Below, in pieces: positions 1 to 10,200 of a stretch of DNA of 56,048 nucleotides. Source of the stretch: a virus (lineage: Duplodnaviria; Caudoviricetes); the IMG/VR virus record IMGVR_UViG_3300032286_000209, positions 1 to 56,048 of that record. The stretch is one strand, 5' to 3'. The notes under the pieces are model-generated. The model did no database searches, was not told the DNA's origin, and was given only the letters and a program-made list of their open reading frames with translations. How positions within the stretch are numbered: the first letter of the stretch is position 1; every line of letters begins with the position of its first letter. A program made the position numbers and the translations under genes.

Positions 1-237
1 ACCGCGCATTGGACAGCATCCGCTGTTGATGGCACATATACCGCTGGTACTTACGGCACTTGCAGCTTTGCGGCTGCTACGCCATCCATTCCATACGCCA
101 GCGTGACTCAGCAGGAAGTGCTGGACTGGTGCTGGGCTAACGGCGTGGACAAAGACGCTATTGAAGCCAACCTTGCCGCACAAATTGCACTGTTAAAAAA
201 CCCTGTACAAAAATCTGAACTTCCTTGGAGCGTGTAA
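1..237 (+). CDS. Partial tail-fibre-associated small protein (5' truncated by window)
   Basis: Frame 1 is open to TAA at 235-237: ...PYASVTQQEVLDWCW...IEANLAAQIALLKNP...LPW, a pattern typical of small genes following podophage fibres. Not in the ORF track because it has no start. Confidence 0.7.
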   Translation, partial: TAHWTASAVDGTYTAGTYGTCSFAAATPSIPYASVTQQEVLDWCWANGVDKDAIEANLAAQIALLKNPVQKSELPWSV

Positions 238-471
238 ATGGAATATCAAGCAATGTTCAATTTTGTCGGTGGCGCACTTCTTGTCGCTATTGGCTGGTGG
301 TGCAAAGAAATTTGGGATTCAGTCAAAACTTTAAAAGCAGATATCAAAGCTATTGAGATTGACCTGCCAAAACATTACGTCAGCAAAGCGGACATTGAGA
401 GTCGTTTTGACAAAATCGATGCAACCCTAGAGCGTCTGTTTGATCGGCTAGATTCAAAAGCTGACAAGTGA
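238..471 (+). CDS. Small membrane protein with N-terminal TM helix and coiled-coil tail (holin/XhlA-like)
   Basis: Hydrophobic FNFVGGALLVAIGWW followed by heptad-rich RFDKIDATLERLFDRLD; upstream of the lysis genes. Confidence 0.6.
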   Translation: MEYQAMFNFVGGALLVAIGWWCKEIWDSVKTLKADIKAIEIDLPKHYVSKADIESRFDKIDATLERLFDRLDSKADK

Positions 472-629
472 TTGACCAAATTGTTTCTGCTGAAAGCCCG
501 TGGCCCAATACTGAAACTAAGGTGGTGCTGATCTGCCGCCTTCCTAAGAAGGATGAAAAGCTGAGTGCTAATGAGTTTGTGGATAAAGACGGACGTATAT
601 GCCGCTGGACGGTAGTAAACAAGAAATAG
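468..629 (+). CDS. Hypothetical protein (53 aa)
   Basis: GTG start overlaps the previous TGA (GTGA); MIDQIVSAESPWPNTETKVVLICRLPK...GRICRWTVVNKK; read manually. Confidence 0.6.
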   Translation: MIDQIVSAESPWPNTETKVVLICRLPKKDEKLSANEFVDKDGRICRWTVVNKK

Positions 630-640
630 GAGTTGTTCTA

Positions 641-1131
641 ATGATTGACCCATTCACGGCTTTTGCTATGGCTCAGGCTGCGGTAGCAGGAATAAAAAAG
701 CAGTAGCCCTTGGTAAGGACATCCACAGCTTATATAAGGAATTTAGCGGTTTTTATCAAGCGGCAGATACCGTCCACTTAGCTAGTAGCAAAGCACGGAT
801 TGCTAGTATAGGTAAGACAGATGCACAGATTAGCGCACAAGCTCTTCAGATTGCACTAGCATCCAAAGCGTTGCGAGAGCATGAAAAAGAATTGAAGGAC
901 ATACTCTTCTATAGCGGGAATGCTCCGGTCTGGGAAGAGATGATGGCAGAGCGGACTAGGTTAGTTAAAGAACGAAATATGCTGGAGAGAGAAGAAGAAG
1001 AACGCAGACAGAAGGATAAAGAAGCGAAGGTTGCTATTATTATGAACACCCTTTGGCTAACAGGTGCAAGCGCTATTGTTGTTCCCCTAGTGGGAGCGTT
1101 ATTTCACATCATCACAAATAGGGGTTTTTAA
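641..1131 (+). CDS. Lysis-region membrane protein split by a -1 frameshift at 694-700 (programmed, or an assembly error)
   Basis: ATG641 (SD AGGAG) gives MIDPFTAFAMAQAAVAGIKKQ*. The -1 frame from 700 is open through the 871-1131 ORF (AVALGKDIHSLYKEF...C-terminal TM). Confidence 0.7.
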
Positions 1132-1631
1132 TGGACTGGCTTAAATCTGTAGCACCAACTCTTGCCACCGCACTAGGTGGCCCTCTCGCTGGCATGGCTG
1201 TCAGCGCTGTAGCTAAAGCTATTGGCTGCGAACCCGATGATGTACAAGGCATCATCAGCAGCAACAAGCTTACAGCAGAGCAGGTAGCTTCCATTCAATT
1301 GGCTGAGCTAGAGATTAAAAAACAAGCACAGTCTATGAACCTAGACTTTACAAAGCTGGTAGCTGAGGATAAGAAGTCTGCTAGAGATATGCAGATTGCA
1401 ACAAAGTCATGGATTCCTCCTGTGCTGGCTATGAGTGTAACGGCTGGTTTCTTTGGCATCTTGGCTGGATTGATGTATGGACAAATCCAACATGCCCCAC
1501 AAATTGATATAATGCTGGGTGCTTTAGGCACTGCTTGGACAGGTATAATCTCCTTCTACTTTGGATCCTCTGCCAGCAGCCAAGCTAAGAATGAGTTGAT
1601 TTACAACTCTAGACCATCAGAGAAAAGTTAA
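1131..1631 (+). CDS. Holin-like membrane protein
   Basis: APTLATALGGPLAG N-terminus, DKKSARDMQ, two TM helices and YFGSS motif; directly before the endolysin. Confidence 0.7.
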   Translation: MDWLKSVAPTLATALGGPLAGMAVSAVAKAIGCEPDDVQGIISSNKLTAEQVASIQLAELEIKKQAQSMNLDFTKLVAEDKKSARDMQIATKSWIPPVLAMSVTAGFFGILAGLMYGQIQHAPQIDIMLGALGTAWTGIISFYFGSSASSQAKNELIYNSRPSEKS

Positions 1632-1637
1632 CAGCAT

Positions 1638-2165
1638 ATGAAGCTCAACTACGATAAAGCGTTTGAATTGGTTTTAAAATCAGAGGGTGGCTATGTCAAC
1701 GATCCCGACGATCACGGTGGAGAAACCAACTTAGGAGTTACTAAGGCAGCTTGGATGTCTTATCTAGGTGTGAAAGAACTACCTGTCAATGCTATGCGTG
1801 AGTTGACAAAAGAGAAGGTTAAGCCTTTCTACAAGAAGATGTATTGGGACAAAGTATGTGGAGACGATCTGCCATCAGGCATTGACTACCTAGCCTTTGA
1901 TTTTGCTGTCAATGCCGGTACAGGACAGGCGGCTAAGTTTGTTCAGCGGGCCGTTGGTGCTGTGGCTGATGGTGCTATTGGCCCAGCCACAATGGAGAAG
2001 GTAATTAAGACAGCCTCAGCGGATCTGCTTACTAGCTTCAGCACACAGAAAGAGAACTTCTACAAAGACATTGTAGCTAGAAAACCCACCCAAGCTAAGT
2101 TCCTTAAGGGATGGCTTACTAGAACAGCCGCTGTTGAGAAAGCTGCTAGAACAATGCTTGTTTAA
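1638..2165 (+). CDS. Endolysin, glycoside hydrolase family 108 with C-terminal peptidoglycan-binding domain
   Basis: EGGYVNDPDDHGGETNLGVT catalytic motif; FDFAVNAG; DGAIGPAT; FLKGWLTR. Confidence 0.92.
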   Translation: MKLNYDKAFELVLKSEGGYVNDPDDHGGETNLGVTKAAWMSYLGVKELPVNAMRELTKEKVKPFYKKMYWDKVCGDDLPSGIDYLAFDFAVNAGTGQAAKFVQRAVGAVADGAIGPATMEKVIKTASADLLTSFSTQKENFYKDIVARKPTQAKFLKGWLTRTAAVEKAARTMLV

Positions 2166-2167
2166 TT

Positions 2168-2485
2168 ATGCAAGAGGTTCCTAATAAAGTTAACATCTTC
2201 GGCAGAGAATATACTATAACTGCCAAAGAACTTTTGGATGGATCCACAGACAGAGAAGAAACATTGGGTCAATGTATAAACGACAAGCTGTGCATAGAGA
2301 TTAAAAAGGGACAGCACTCTTTGTTGGAAGCAGACACTTTGCTACATGAAATAATTCATGCTATAGATGAGATTATGCAAACAAGGATGACAGAAAGACA
2401 AGTGTGCTGTGTAGCCACTGGTCTTATAGGAGTATTGAAAACTAACCCAGAGTTTAATGAGTATTTATATAGGATGACTAGATAA
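2168..2485 (+). CDS. Small zincin-like metallopeptidase
   Basis: TLLHEIIHAI (HExxH) with downstream E in TERQV. Confidence 0.65.
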   Translation: MQEVPNKVNIFGREYTITAKELLDGSTDREETLGQCINDKLCIEIKKGQHSLLEADTLLHEIIHAIDEIMQTRMTERQVCCVATGLIGVLKTNPEFNEYLYRMTR

Positions 2486-4317
2486 TGAAAGAAACTTTCA
2501 CAGAACAGCAGAGAGAAATTGTAGCCCGTAAGATGGGCTATGATGGCCCTATGCAGATGTTTGATGAATATCTAGCATCCACTCCATCTGATGCCACTAA
2601 GTATGCTGCCATCACTTCTAAGTATGCGCTTAAGATGGCTGAGGGTGGCTTAGCTCAGATTGATAATAGCACAACAACCACAGAAGTTACGGATGGAAGT
2701 GATGCCGTTCCTGTTGCACCAGCGCCTACCATCGTCATCCCCGCTACAACAACACCCACTGAAGGAATGCAAGCTGTGCCAACCACAGCGGCTCCTGCTG
2801 TTAGCACTGTAGCAACTTCAATTGCCCCAGCAGAAGTAAAAACTGTAGCTGCTCCAACCGCTGTACAGACAACGGGAATTACTCCCACCACTTCACAGGC
2901 CGCTGTTCAAGCGGAGCTAGATAAGACAAAGGCTGTTCAAGGGGCGGTGTCGGAACAAGGACAGGCCACTGCTGCCGTAATGGAACCAACAGCAACTGCT
3001 GTTAAGAATCTGCAAGCAGCACAAGGCACTGCCGCTCAAACTGTAGCACCAGCAGAAAGAGCAATACAGGCTGGAGAAATGGTTAGTGGCACTGCTGTAG
3101 ATCAAGCTAGGGTGAGTGAAGCACTGGCACAGAACGTAGCAGCACAAGGCACTGTCACTGAAGACATGACCACCACTGGTCAGCTTAATAAGTTGATGAC
3201 ATCGTTTGACGCTGGCGCTCCTCCTCCGTGGGCAGCAGCTTCTATCCGCTCTGTTACGGCTCAGCTAGCAGCTAGAGGACTAGGAGCATCTAGCTTGGCT
3301 GGACAGGCCATCATTCAAGCCACTCTTGAATCGGCAGTTCCTATCGCCAATGCTGATGCTAAGATTTATGCAGACATGGGCTTAGTTAACTTGTCCAATA
3401 GACAAGCCATAGCTATTGAAACAGCTAAGCAAAGAGCAGCTTTCCTTGGGCAGGAGTTTGATCAAGGCTTCCAAACAAAGGTGCTGAATGCAGCTAAGAT
3501 TGCTGATGTTGCTAATAAGAATTTCGATGCTAGTGTAACCATTGCACTAGAGAATTCCAGACTTGCTAACAGTATGAGCATTTCTAATCTATCGGCAAAG
3601 AATGCTTTGGTGTTAGCTGAGGCTGCTCAACTTTCTTCGTTGGAGACAGCTAATCTAAACAACCGTCAACAAGTTGCTGTGGATAATGCTAAAGCTTTCT
3701 TGGCTATGGATCTGAAGAACACAGACATTGCCAGCCAAACTAATTTGATTAAGGCTCAGACAATTGCTAATACCATTGTCAGTGATACAGCAGCAGAGAA
3801 CGCAGCTAAGGCTACCAATGCCGCCAATGAATTAGAAGCCAACAAAATTAATGCAACCCTTGCTCTCACTGCATCACAGTATAACTCGTCAGAGCAGAAC
3901 AGAGTATTAATTGCTAACAACAACGCCATTAATGAGATTGCTAAATTCAACTCCAGTGAAACCAACAAGCGAGAAGAGTTTAATGCTACAATGTCAAACC
4001 AAATTAACATTGCTAATGCTAAACTCTTGGCTGATATCTCCACTGCTAATACAAGAGAAGTGAATGCAGCTAATGCTGTGAATGCAAAGAATGCTACAGA
4101 TCAATCCTCTTCTGTTTATGCTCAGCAGATGCAGACATACAGGGATTTGTTAGAGCTTTCCTATAAAGCTGGAGAGAATGACAAAGATAGACTGACTCAA
4201 ATAGCAACAGCTACCATCACTGCTAATGCTAGTAAAACAGCAGCAGAAATTAAAGCTAATAGCGAGAGTGCTTCTGCTTGGGGAAAACTTGCTTTTGATA
4301 TTTACAAGGCGTGGTAA
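2485..4317 (+). CDS. Internal virion/ejection protein (Ala/Asn/Gln-rich)
   Basis: 610 aa, A/N/Q-rich helical repeats; N-terminal MAEGG motif; first gene of the ejection cluster. Confidence 0.65.
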   Translation: MKETFTEQQREIVARKMGYDGPMQMFDEYLASTPSDATKYAAITSKYALKMAEGGLAQIDNSTTTTEVTDGSDAVPVAPAPTIVIPATTTPTEGMQAVPTTAAPAVSTVATSIAPAEVKTVAAPTAVQTTGITPTTSQAAVQAELDKTKAVQGAVSEQGQATAAVMEPTATAVKNLQAAQGTAAQTVAPAERAIQAGEMVSGTAVDQARVSEALAQNVAAQGTVTEDMTTTGQLNKLMTSFDAGAPPPWAAASIRSVTAQLAARGLGASSLAGQAIIQATLESAVPIANADAKIYADMGLVNLSNRQAIAIETAKQRAAFLGQEFDQGFQTKVLNAAKIADVANKNFDASVTIALENSRLANSMSISNLSAKNALVLAEAAQLSSLETANLNNRQQVAVDNAKAFLAMDLKNTDIASQTNLIKAQTIANTIVSDTAAENAAKATNAANELEANKINATLALTASQYNSSEQNRVLIANNNAINEIAKFNSSETNKREEFNATMSNQINIANAKLLADISTANTREVNAANAVNAKNATDQSSSVYAQQMQTYRDLLELSYKAGENDKDRLTQIATATITANASKTAAEIKANSESASAWGKLAFDIYKAW

Positions 4318-4320
4318 ATT

Positions 4321-4536
4321 ATGCAACAGATTAAAAACTATTTCAAGAAGATTGAAGCTGTCTTGGAGAAGAGAAAGCTCACTCCTAAGAAGAAGTCTTC
4401 CAAGTCTAAGGGACTGCTGGCTGCTCCTCCCTCTGTAGAGAAGGCAGAGAAAGAAGACCCAACAATTAAGATGGTGGCAGACTACATCGAAGGCATCAGA
4501 GAAACAAGACAGGAGATCTTAGATGGCAACAAATGA
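4321..4536 (+). CDS. Small basic virion-associated protein
   Basis: 71 aa, Lys-rich, KSKGLLAAP; closely spaced with neighbours. Confidence 0.55.
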   Translation: MQQIKNYFKKIEAVLEKRKLTPKKKSSKSKGLLAAPPSVEKAEKEDPTIKMVADYIEGIRETRQEILDGNK

Positions 4537-5023
4537 ACTAACTGCTGGACAGGTGTTGCAGCCTATCCCTGCTGGAATCTCTTGGACTGCACCGGAGAAA
4601 AGCAGAGCATGGCAGAATCCTCCTAAGTTTACAAAGCTTTCTGATGTAGCTAATAACTACATTACTATGTTGTCTTCTAAGCAGATGGCTAATACTGTGT
4701 TGGATGCCATAGACACTAAGGCTCCTCTAGCTTCTTTAGCTGAAGTTATCATGCTCAGTGGTGTGCAGAAGGGCGCTCATACTTTGGATACTGGTGTACT
4801 TGTTATGCCCATCATCGTTGAGATGTTAAAGACAGTGGCTATGTTACACGATGTTAAAACAGTTACATATTCTGAGGAATATGATGATATGCGTGCTATA
4901 CCTACTAGAGCAGTTAAGATGGCTTTGGCTAGTAGTATGGAAATGCCAACAGAAGAGATGTCTTTACCTGCCGAAGAACCGAAGGCGGGATTGATGCAGC
5001 GTAAAACTAAAGTGGGGATTTAA
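4523..5023 (+). CDS. Putative virion protein
   Basis: PIPAGISWT...WQNPP N-terminus, C-terminal AGLMQRK; within the ejection cluster. Confidence 0.6.
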   Translation: MATNELTAGQVLQPIPAGISWTAPEKSRAWQNPPKFTKLSDVANNYITMLSSKQMANTVLDAIDTKAPLASLAEVIMLSGVQKGAHTLDTGVLVMPIIVEMLKTVAMLHDVKTVTYSEEYDDMRAIPTRAVKMALASSMEMPTEEMSLPAEEPKAGLMQRKTKVGI

Positions 5024-5024
5024 C

Positions 5025-7298
5025 ATGTTTGATTGGACATCTTTTGGTACTGGTTTTGCTAAAGCTGCCAGCGAAAACTTTGCTAAAGAAGAAGAAGATG
5101 CAAGAGCGCTGGGTGCTGCTAATGTTAAATCTATGTATGAGAACTACGCCTCTGTTGTAAAAGAAAACAGAACGCTTTCTAACGACATTAAAGAGAAGAT
5201 TAATATTGTTAAAGGCTTTGCCCCTGATGCTACAGATGATCAGTTGGTTGCTCTTGCCCAAGACAGAGGAATCTTGGACATGCTGTCTACTAGACTAAAA
5301 GAGAAAGACTTTGATCCTACTGGCTTTAACATCAATAACTTTGTTAAAGTGGCAAACCCTTCCAATTCTCCATTAGCGGCTGAGGATCGTATCAATCAGT
5401 TGTTCACTATTCCCTCTGCTGTTAATAATGCTTCTGCCGCCTTCAAGTCCCTTACTCCTGAAGGTGAAGTTAAAGAAAGCCCCGGCTTCCTCTCCTACTT
5501 CGACCCTGTTGGCTTAGCTAAAAGAGGCGGTGAAAAAGAGGCCAGAGTCAGCGCCGAGAAAACTGCTGCTGCTCTGGGTGTGCCTTTGGAGAAACTCCAA
5601 GGAGCAATGGGATATAGAAGAGATATCAAACCGTCTGGTGCTGAGTATGATTTGGTTGCGCTAAAACCCGGCAAGACACTAGATCAAAGCATAGACGATG
5701 CTGCTGTTAAGCTGGCTGCTGCCCAGAAGAAGGGTGATGCTAAAGATATCGAACTGGCTAAGGCTAATGTAGATAATCTAACTTCCGTTAAACAGTCGCT
5801 GAGCGATCCACAGCAGAAGTGGCTGAACAAGGTTGCCTCGCTTAAAGACAAGCAGCTTAACGGCACTGATAAAGAAAAGGCTGATGCCACACAGCAACTA
5901 GATGCCATCTATGCAGAAGAGAAGAGAGCTACTTTAGCTAAACAAATGCCGAAAGAGCAAAGAGACAATCTGATTGCTCAAAAAGAAATTGATGCTAACA
6001 GCAATGATCCCAAGAAAGCAAAAGAAGCATTAGATTGGTTGCTCAATGAGGCAGGTGTTCAGGCTAAGGTTGCTGAGGCTAAGCAGACAACTTCACAGCA
6101 ACGTGAAAACTATCTTGCCGACCTTGATTTGAAAGCTAAAGGCCAGCGCGGTACAGAGGCAGAACAAGTAGCGGCCCAAGCAAAGCTAGTTGAGATGAAG
6201 AAGCTTGATAAGCTTGTTGCAGAAGCTGGTCAAACTGATGTCCAAGCCAGAGAGAATAGACTTGCTGCTTTGAAGACTAAGGCAGACGCTGGTGATGTTG
6301 CTGCCAAGAATGAGTTGTTGCAGGTAGCAGCAATTGATAAAGCTATTTCAGAAGCTAAACAAACTGACGCTGAGAAGCTGACCAACATGAAGGCTCAGTT
6401 GATCTCTGCGTCTGCTGCTGGTGACAAAGACGCTGAGCTTAAGCTCCAAGCATTGTTTGCTGTGGAAGGTGCAGAGGCCCGCGCTAAAGAAGGTGCTGCT
6501 GCACAGCGTACTAACCGCATTGCAGAATTGAAGACAAAACTGGCGGCTGGTGATACCTCTGTTAAAGCAGAACTTGATAGCGCCATTGCTATAGACGCTG
6601 CTGCTAAGAAACAAGAACAAGAGGCTCTACAGAGTGATGTAGCTAAGCGCAACGACAGACTTGCTGCCTTGCAGACCACCATCACCACTTCCACAAATCC
6701 AGCAGAAGTTAAAGCAGCTAGGACACAGATGGCTAAGGAACTGAAGCTCATTGCTGATGAGGCTAGAGCCAGACAAGTTCCTACAGCCGCTTCAGATAAA
6801 GTGCCAGCCTTGGGTGCTTTGAATAGCTTTGTTGCTGTCGCTGTTACTCAGGCAGTGCAGAATAAGCACGGCAATTTGAAGAACGATATGGCTATTGTGA
6901 GCAGACCTAATGGTGATGGAACATTCTATCAAGACTACGATTATGTTGGTGATGATCCTGTATTGAGGAAACAGATTGCTGACACCAAAGCTGCGGCAGC
7001 TAGGAAAGCGCTATCTGTATATACAGACAACAACGGTAAGCCATTAGATAGAAATGTCCAAGCTGTTATGAATGTTTGGGTTGGATCTGCTGCGGCTCCA
7101 GCAGGGACAGAAACAGAAACAGGAACAGGTAAAGGAAAAGGGCTAGGCTCTAGAGCAGCTTCTAACACCACCACTACAGGATCTGGAGACAACACAGTGG
7201 TCACTGTTACAGACCCCACAGGAACTCCTCGTGTATTCAAAGGTAAAGACGCAGCTAGTAAAGCAGCAGGATTCAAGGCAGCAGCAGGAATTAACTAA
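5025..7298 (+). CDS. Internal virion/ejection protein with helical repeats
   Basis: 757 aa, Ala/Lys/Glu-rich; N-terminal FGTGFA; internal RxNRxAxLKxKxxAGD repeats. Confidence 0.65.
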   Translation: MFDWTSFGTGFAKAASENFAKEEEDARALGAANVKSMYENYASVVKENRTLSNDIKEKINIVKGFAPDATDDQLVALAQDRGILDMLSTRLKEKDFDPTGFNINNFVKVANPSNSPLAAEDRINQLFTIPSAVNNASAAFKSLTPEGEVKESPGFLSYFDPVGLAKRGGEKEARVSAEKTAAALGVPLEKLQGAMGYRRDIKPSGAEYDLVALKPGKTLDQSIDDAAVKLAAAQKKGDAKDIELAKANVDNLTSVKQSLSDPQQKWLNKVASLKDKQLNGTDKEKADATQQLDAIYAEEKRATLAKQMPKEQRDNLIAQKEIDANSNDPKKAKEALDWLLNEAGVQAKVAEAKQTTSQQRENYLADLDLKAKGQRGTEAEQVAAQAKLVEMKKLDKLVAEAGQTDVQARENRLAALKTKADAGDVAAKNELLQVAAIDKAISEAKQTDAEKLTNMKAQLISASAAGDKDAELKLQALFAVEGAEARAKEGAAAQRTNRIAELKTKLAAGDTSVKAELDSAIAIDAAAKKQEQEALQSDVAKRNDRLAALQTTITTSTNPAEVKAARTQMAKELKLIADEARARQVPTAASDKVPALGALNSFVAVAVTQAVQNKHGNLKNDMAIVSRPNGDGTFYQDYDYVGDDPVLRKQIADTKAAAARKALSVYTDNNGKPLDRNVQAVMNVWVGSAAAPAGTETETGTGKGKGLGSRAASNTTTTGSGDNTVVTVTDPTGTPRVFKGKDAASKAAGFKAAAGIN

Positions 7299-10200
7299 TG
7301 GACTATGAAGCACTGGCTAAGAAGTACGGTGGGGAAACGGTTGCTCCTCAGGTTTCACCCGGAAGACAGCAGCGTACCCCTACTTTGTATGACGTTGACT
7401 ATTCCAAAGTGGCTAAAGAGTTTGGAGGAACCACTATTTCTGATTCAGGAGATCTTCCTGAAGCTCCCATGCTTCTGCCGCCTATCCTTGTAGAATCAAG
7501 TAGTGCTGCTGCTCCTGTAGCTGATAAGTCCAGAGTATCGGCAGCGTTCAGTTATAAATCTAAGCTTGCTGAGAAGTTTGCTCCTAGAGCAGAGGCTATG
7601 CAAGAGAAAGTGGCACAGGCAAAACTGACAGAAGAGAGCAAGATTCCTGTTGCTAAACTATCCAGTGACCCTGAAAACTACAAAACAATTCTTGACTTCA
7701 GTAAAGCTAGATACAACCGTGTACCAGCTAAGGGAGAAACCAAAGAAGAGTTTGTATCTAAATTCCTCACTGATATGAGGAACGATGACTTCAACACACT
7801 GGATCTAGTTTCAACTCTTAACTACATGCGTAACGCTAAGCCAGAGGATGCTGCTAAGACAGCACTGGCTAAGGCGTTGTATGAGAAGACAGCCTCTCCC
7901 TTTGATGTTAGAGGTGGTGGACAGAAAGGCTTTAGTCCCTACTACGATGTACTGAAGGCACTGGCGACAGATCCTGTTAATTACTTCGGTGGTGTTACTG
8001 GATTCTTTGGTAAGCAAGCAATTAAAGCTGGTATACGCCAACAGACTGCCGCTGCTCTTGGTCAACAGGCAGCAAAGACAGGAGTAGCTAAAGCCCTCAC
8101 TGCTACACCAACTAAGGTGGTAGCTACAGCTACTGGTGGAGAGGCTGTTATTGGTGTTGCACAAAGCGCTGCTCAGCAGAGACTGGGCCAAGAAACACAG
8201 AAAGCTTTAGGCCAAGAAGTAGATGACTTGTCTGCTTCTCAAATGGCTGTAGCTGCCATCTTCTCTGCATCTTTTGGTTATGTCGGAGCCAAAGGAACAA
8301 TGACAACCTTTGGTAAGTCTGGTGCAGATGATCTAAACAACTTGATGGATAAGGCTAAAAAAGAGGCTGCTGTTACCAATCCCAATGCTCCTACCACCCC
8401 AGTGGAAAGACAGCTTGCAGATCCTGTGGCTGCTCAGATGAATCTGGAAGCTGAAGAGTTTATGAAGAGAGAAGGTAAAAGAATACTGGATGAAGTGTCT
8501 CCAGCTACTCCTTTGCTGGATGCAAAGATTGCTAACGACATGTCAGCTAGGGCTGTTCGTGTTGCCCGTCACATCATTGAGAATGACCCATCATTTCAGC
8601 TTGGGCCAAATGAGAAGATAAGCACAGCCATTTCCAGTGTGTTCTCTAAACTAGACTCCGGTGAAATCAATGATGCTGTGCTGGAGCAAGCCATCAATGC
8701 AGCAGGACTTACTCCAAGAGAGTTTGCTCAAGCTAATAAGCTTACAGTGACAGAAGCTGCTTCTATTATGCAGCAATACTCTGTCGCTTCTAGGGCCATG
8801 AACAAACTCAAGGAAATTGATCCTGAGTTTAAGAAGATGGCTGATGAATTGTTTGGTAAGCCTGATGACTACACATCAGCAATTGGCTGGGTTGGTAAAG
8901 GAATCAGCAGGGTAGAAAGAGAAAGTAAAGCTTTTGTTGTCAGTGGCATTGGAACCACGGTACGAAATGTATTGGGTACTATGCCAGTGCTAACCTACAC
9001 ATCTGCTGCTTCTGTCATTGAAGGTACTCTTTATACAGCGGGTAAGGTGCTATCTGATGGTGCTTCAGGGCAGCGTCTGCAAACCCTCAAGCGTGGAATG
9101 GCTGACACAATGAAGGATGCGTTCTCTGTCTACGGCTACCTAGCTAAGACAGACTTGTCTGATGAAGTTACCTACTCTTTGCTAGAACACAACCCATCTA
9201 TTAGAAACAACATCTTAAGCGCCACTCAAGAAGGAAGCAATAAAGAACTATCTCAAGCAGCGCAGCTATTCAACAGCCTGAATGCTACGCAAGATGCGTG
9301 GTTTAGAAAAGCTATTTTCAATGCTGCCGTAGAGAAGAATGCAAGAAGAGCAGGACTAGATCCATTCCTCATCATGGCAGAAGGTAAGTCTGTTCCTGCT
9401 TCTATTCTTCAGAAGTCTGCTGATGATGCTCTTAAATCTACATTCTCTTATCAACCTAAGGTGCAGCCTAAAGGACTAGGTTCACTGGAAGCCGGTGCTG
9501 AAACTACTGCTAATTATTTCATCAAGGCTGCTGAGCTTCCGGGTGGTAGCTTGTTTGCTACATTCCCCCGCTTCATGAGCAACGCAATTGCATTCCAATA
9601 TAGATACAGTGTACTAGGCGCTGCCAGTGGTGCAGAAGACATGCTGCGTGGTGGTGCTATGGAAGCGGCAGGAGATGCTGCTGGTGCTGGCCTGAAGCGT
9701 CAGGGGCAGGAGAACCTAGCTAAGGGCGTTGTTGGTACTGCTGCACTGGCAGCGGCCTATGACTATCGCATGAACAATCAAGACAGCAATTGGGCAGAGA
9801 TAAAGAAGGAAGATGGATCCTCTGTAGACATGAGATCTATTTTCCCTATTGGCCCACTGTTGGCTGTAGCTGATGTCATAGCTAAGGTGAAGCTTGGTGA
9901 GAAGCCCGACACTGCCGGTGCTTTAGAAGCTGTGGTGGGAATGAAGATGCCAGCGGGTACACAGAGCCAATTCCTAGACCAGTTGTTTGCTGCTTTCTCT
10001 TCTGAGAAAGATGCAGATAAGATGGAAGTTGCTGTTGGTAAAGTGCTAGGTGACTTCACTGCCCGCTTTGCTGCTCCCTTTGTGTTTAAGAGTGGATATG
10101 AATTCCTAGACTTGTTTAGAGAACAAGGAACTATCCAGCGGGATCCCAATGTTATAACTGCTGATACCACTACCGGAAGAATCGCTGAGGCTGCTGTTAA

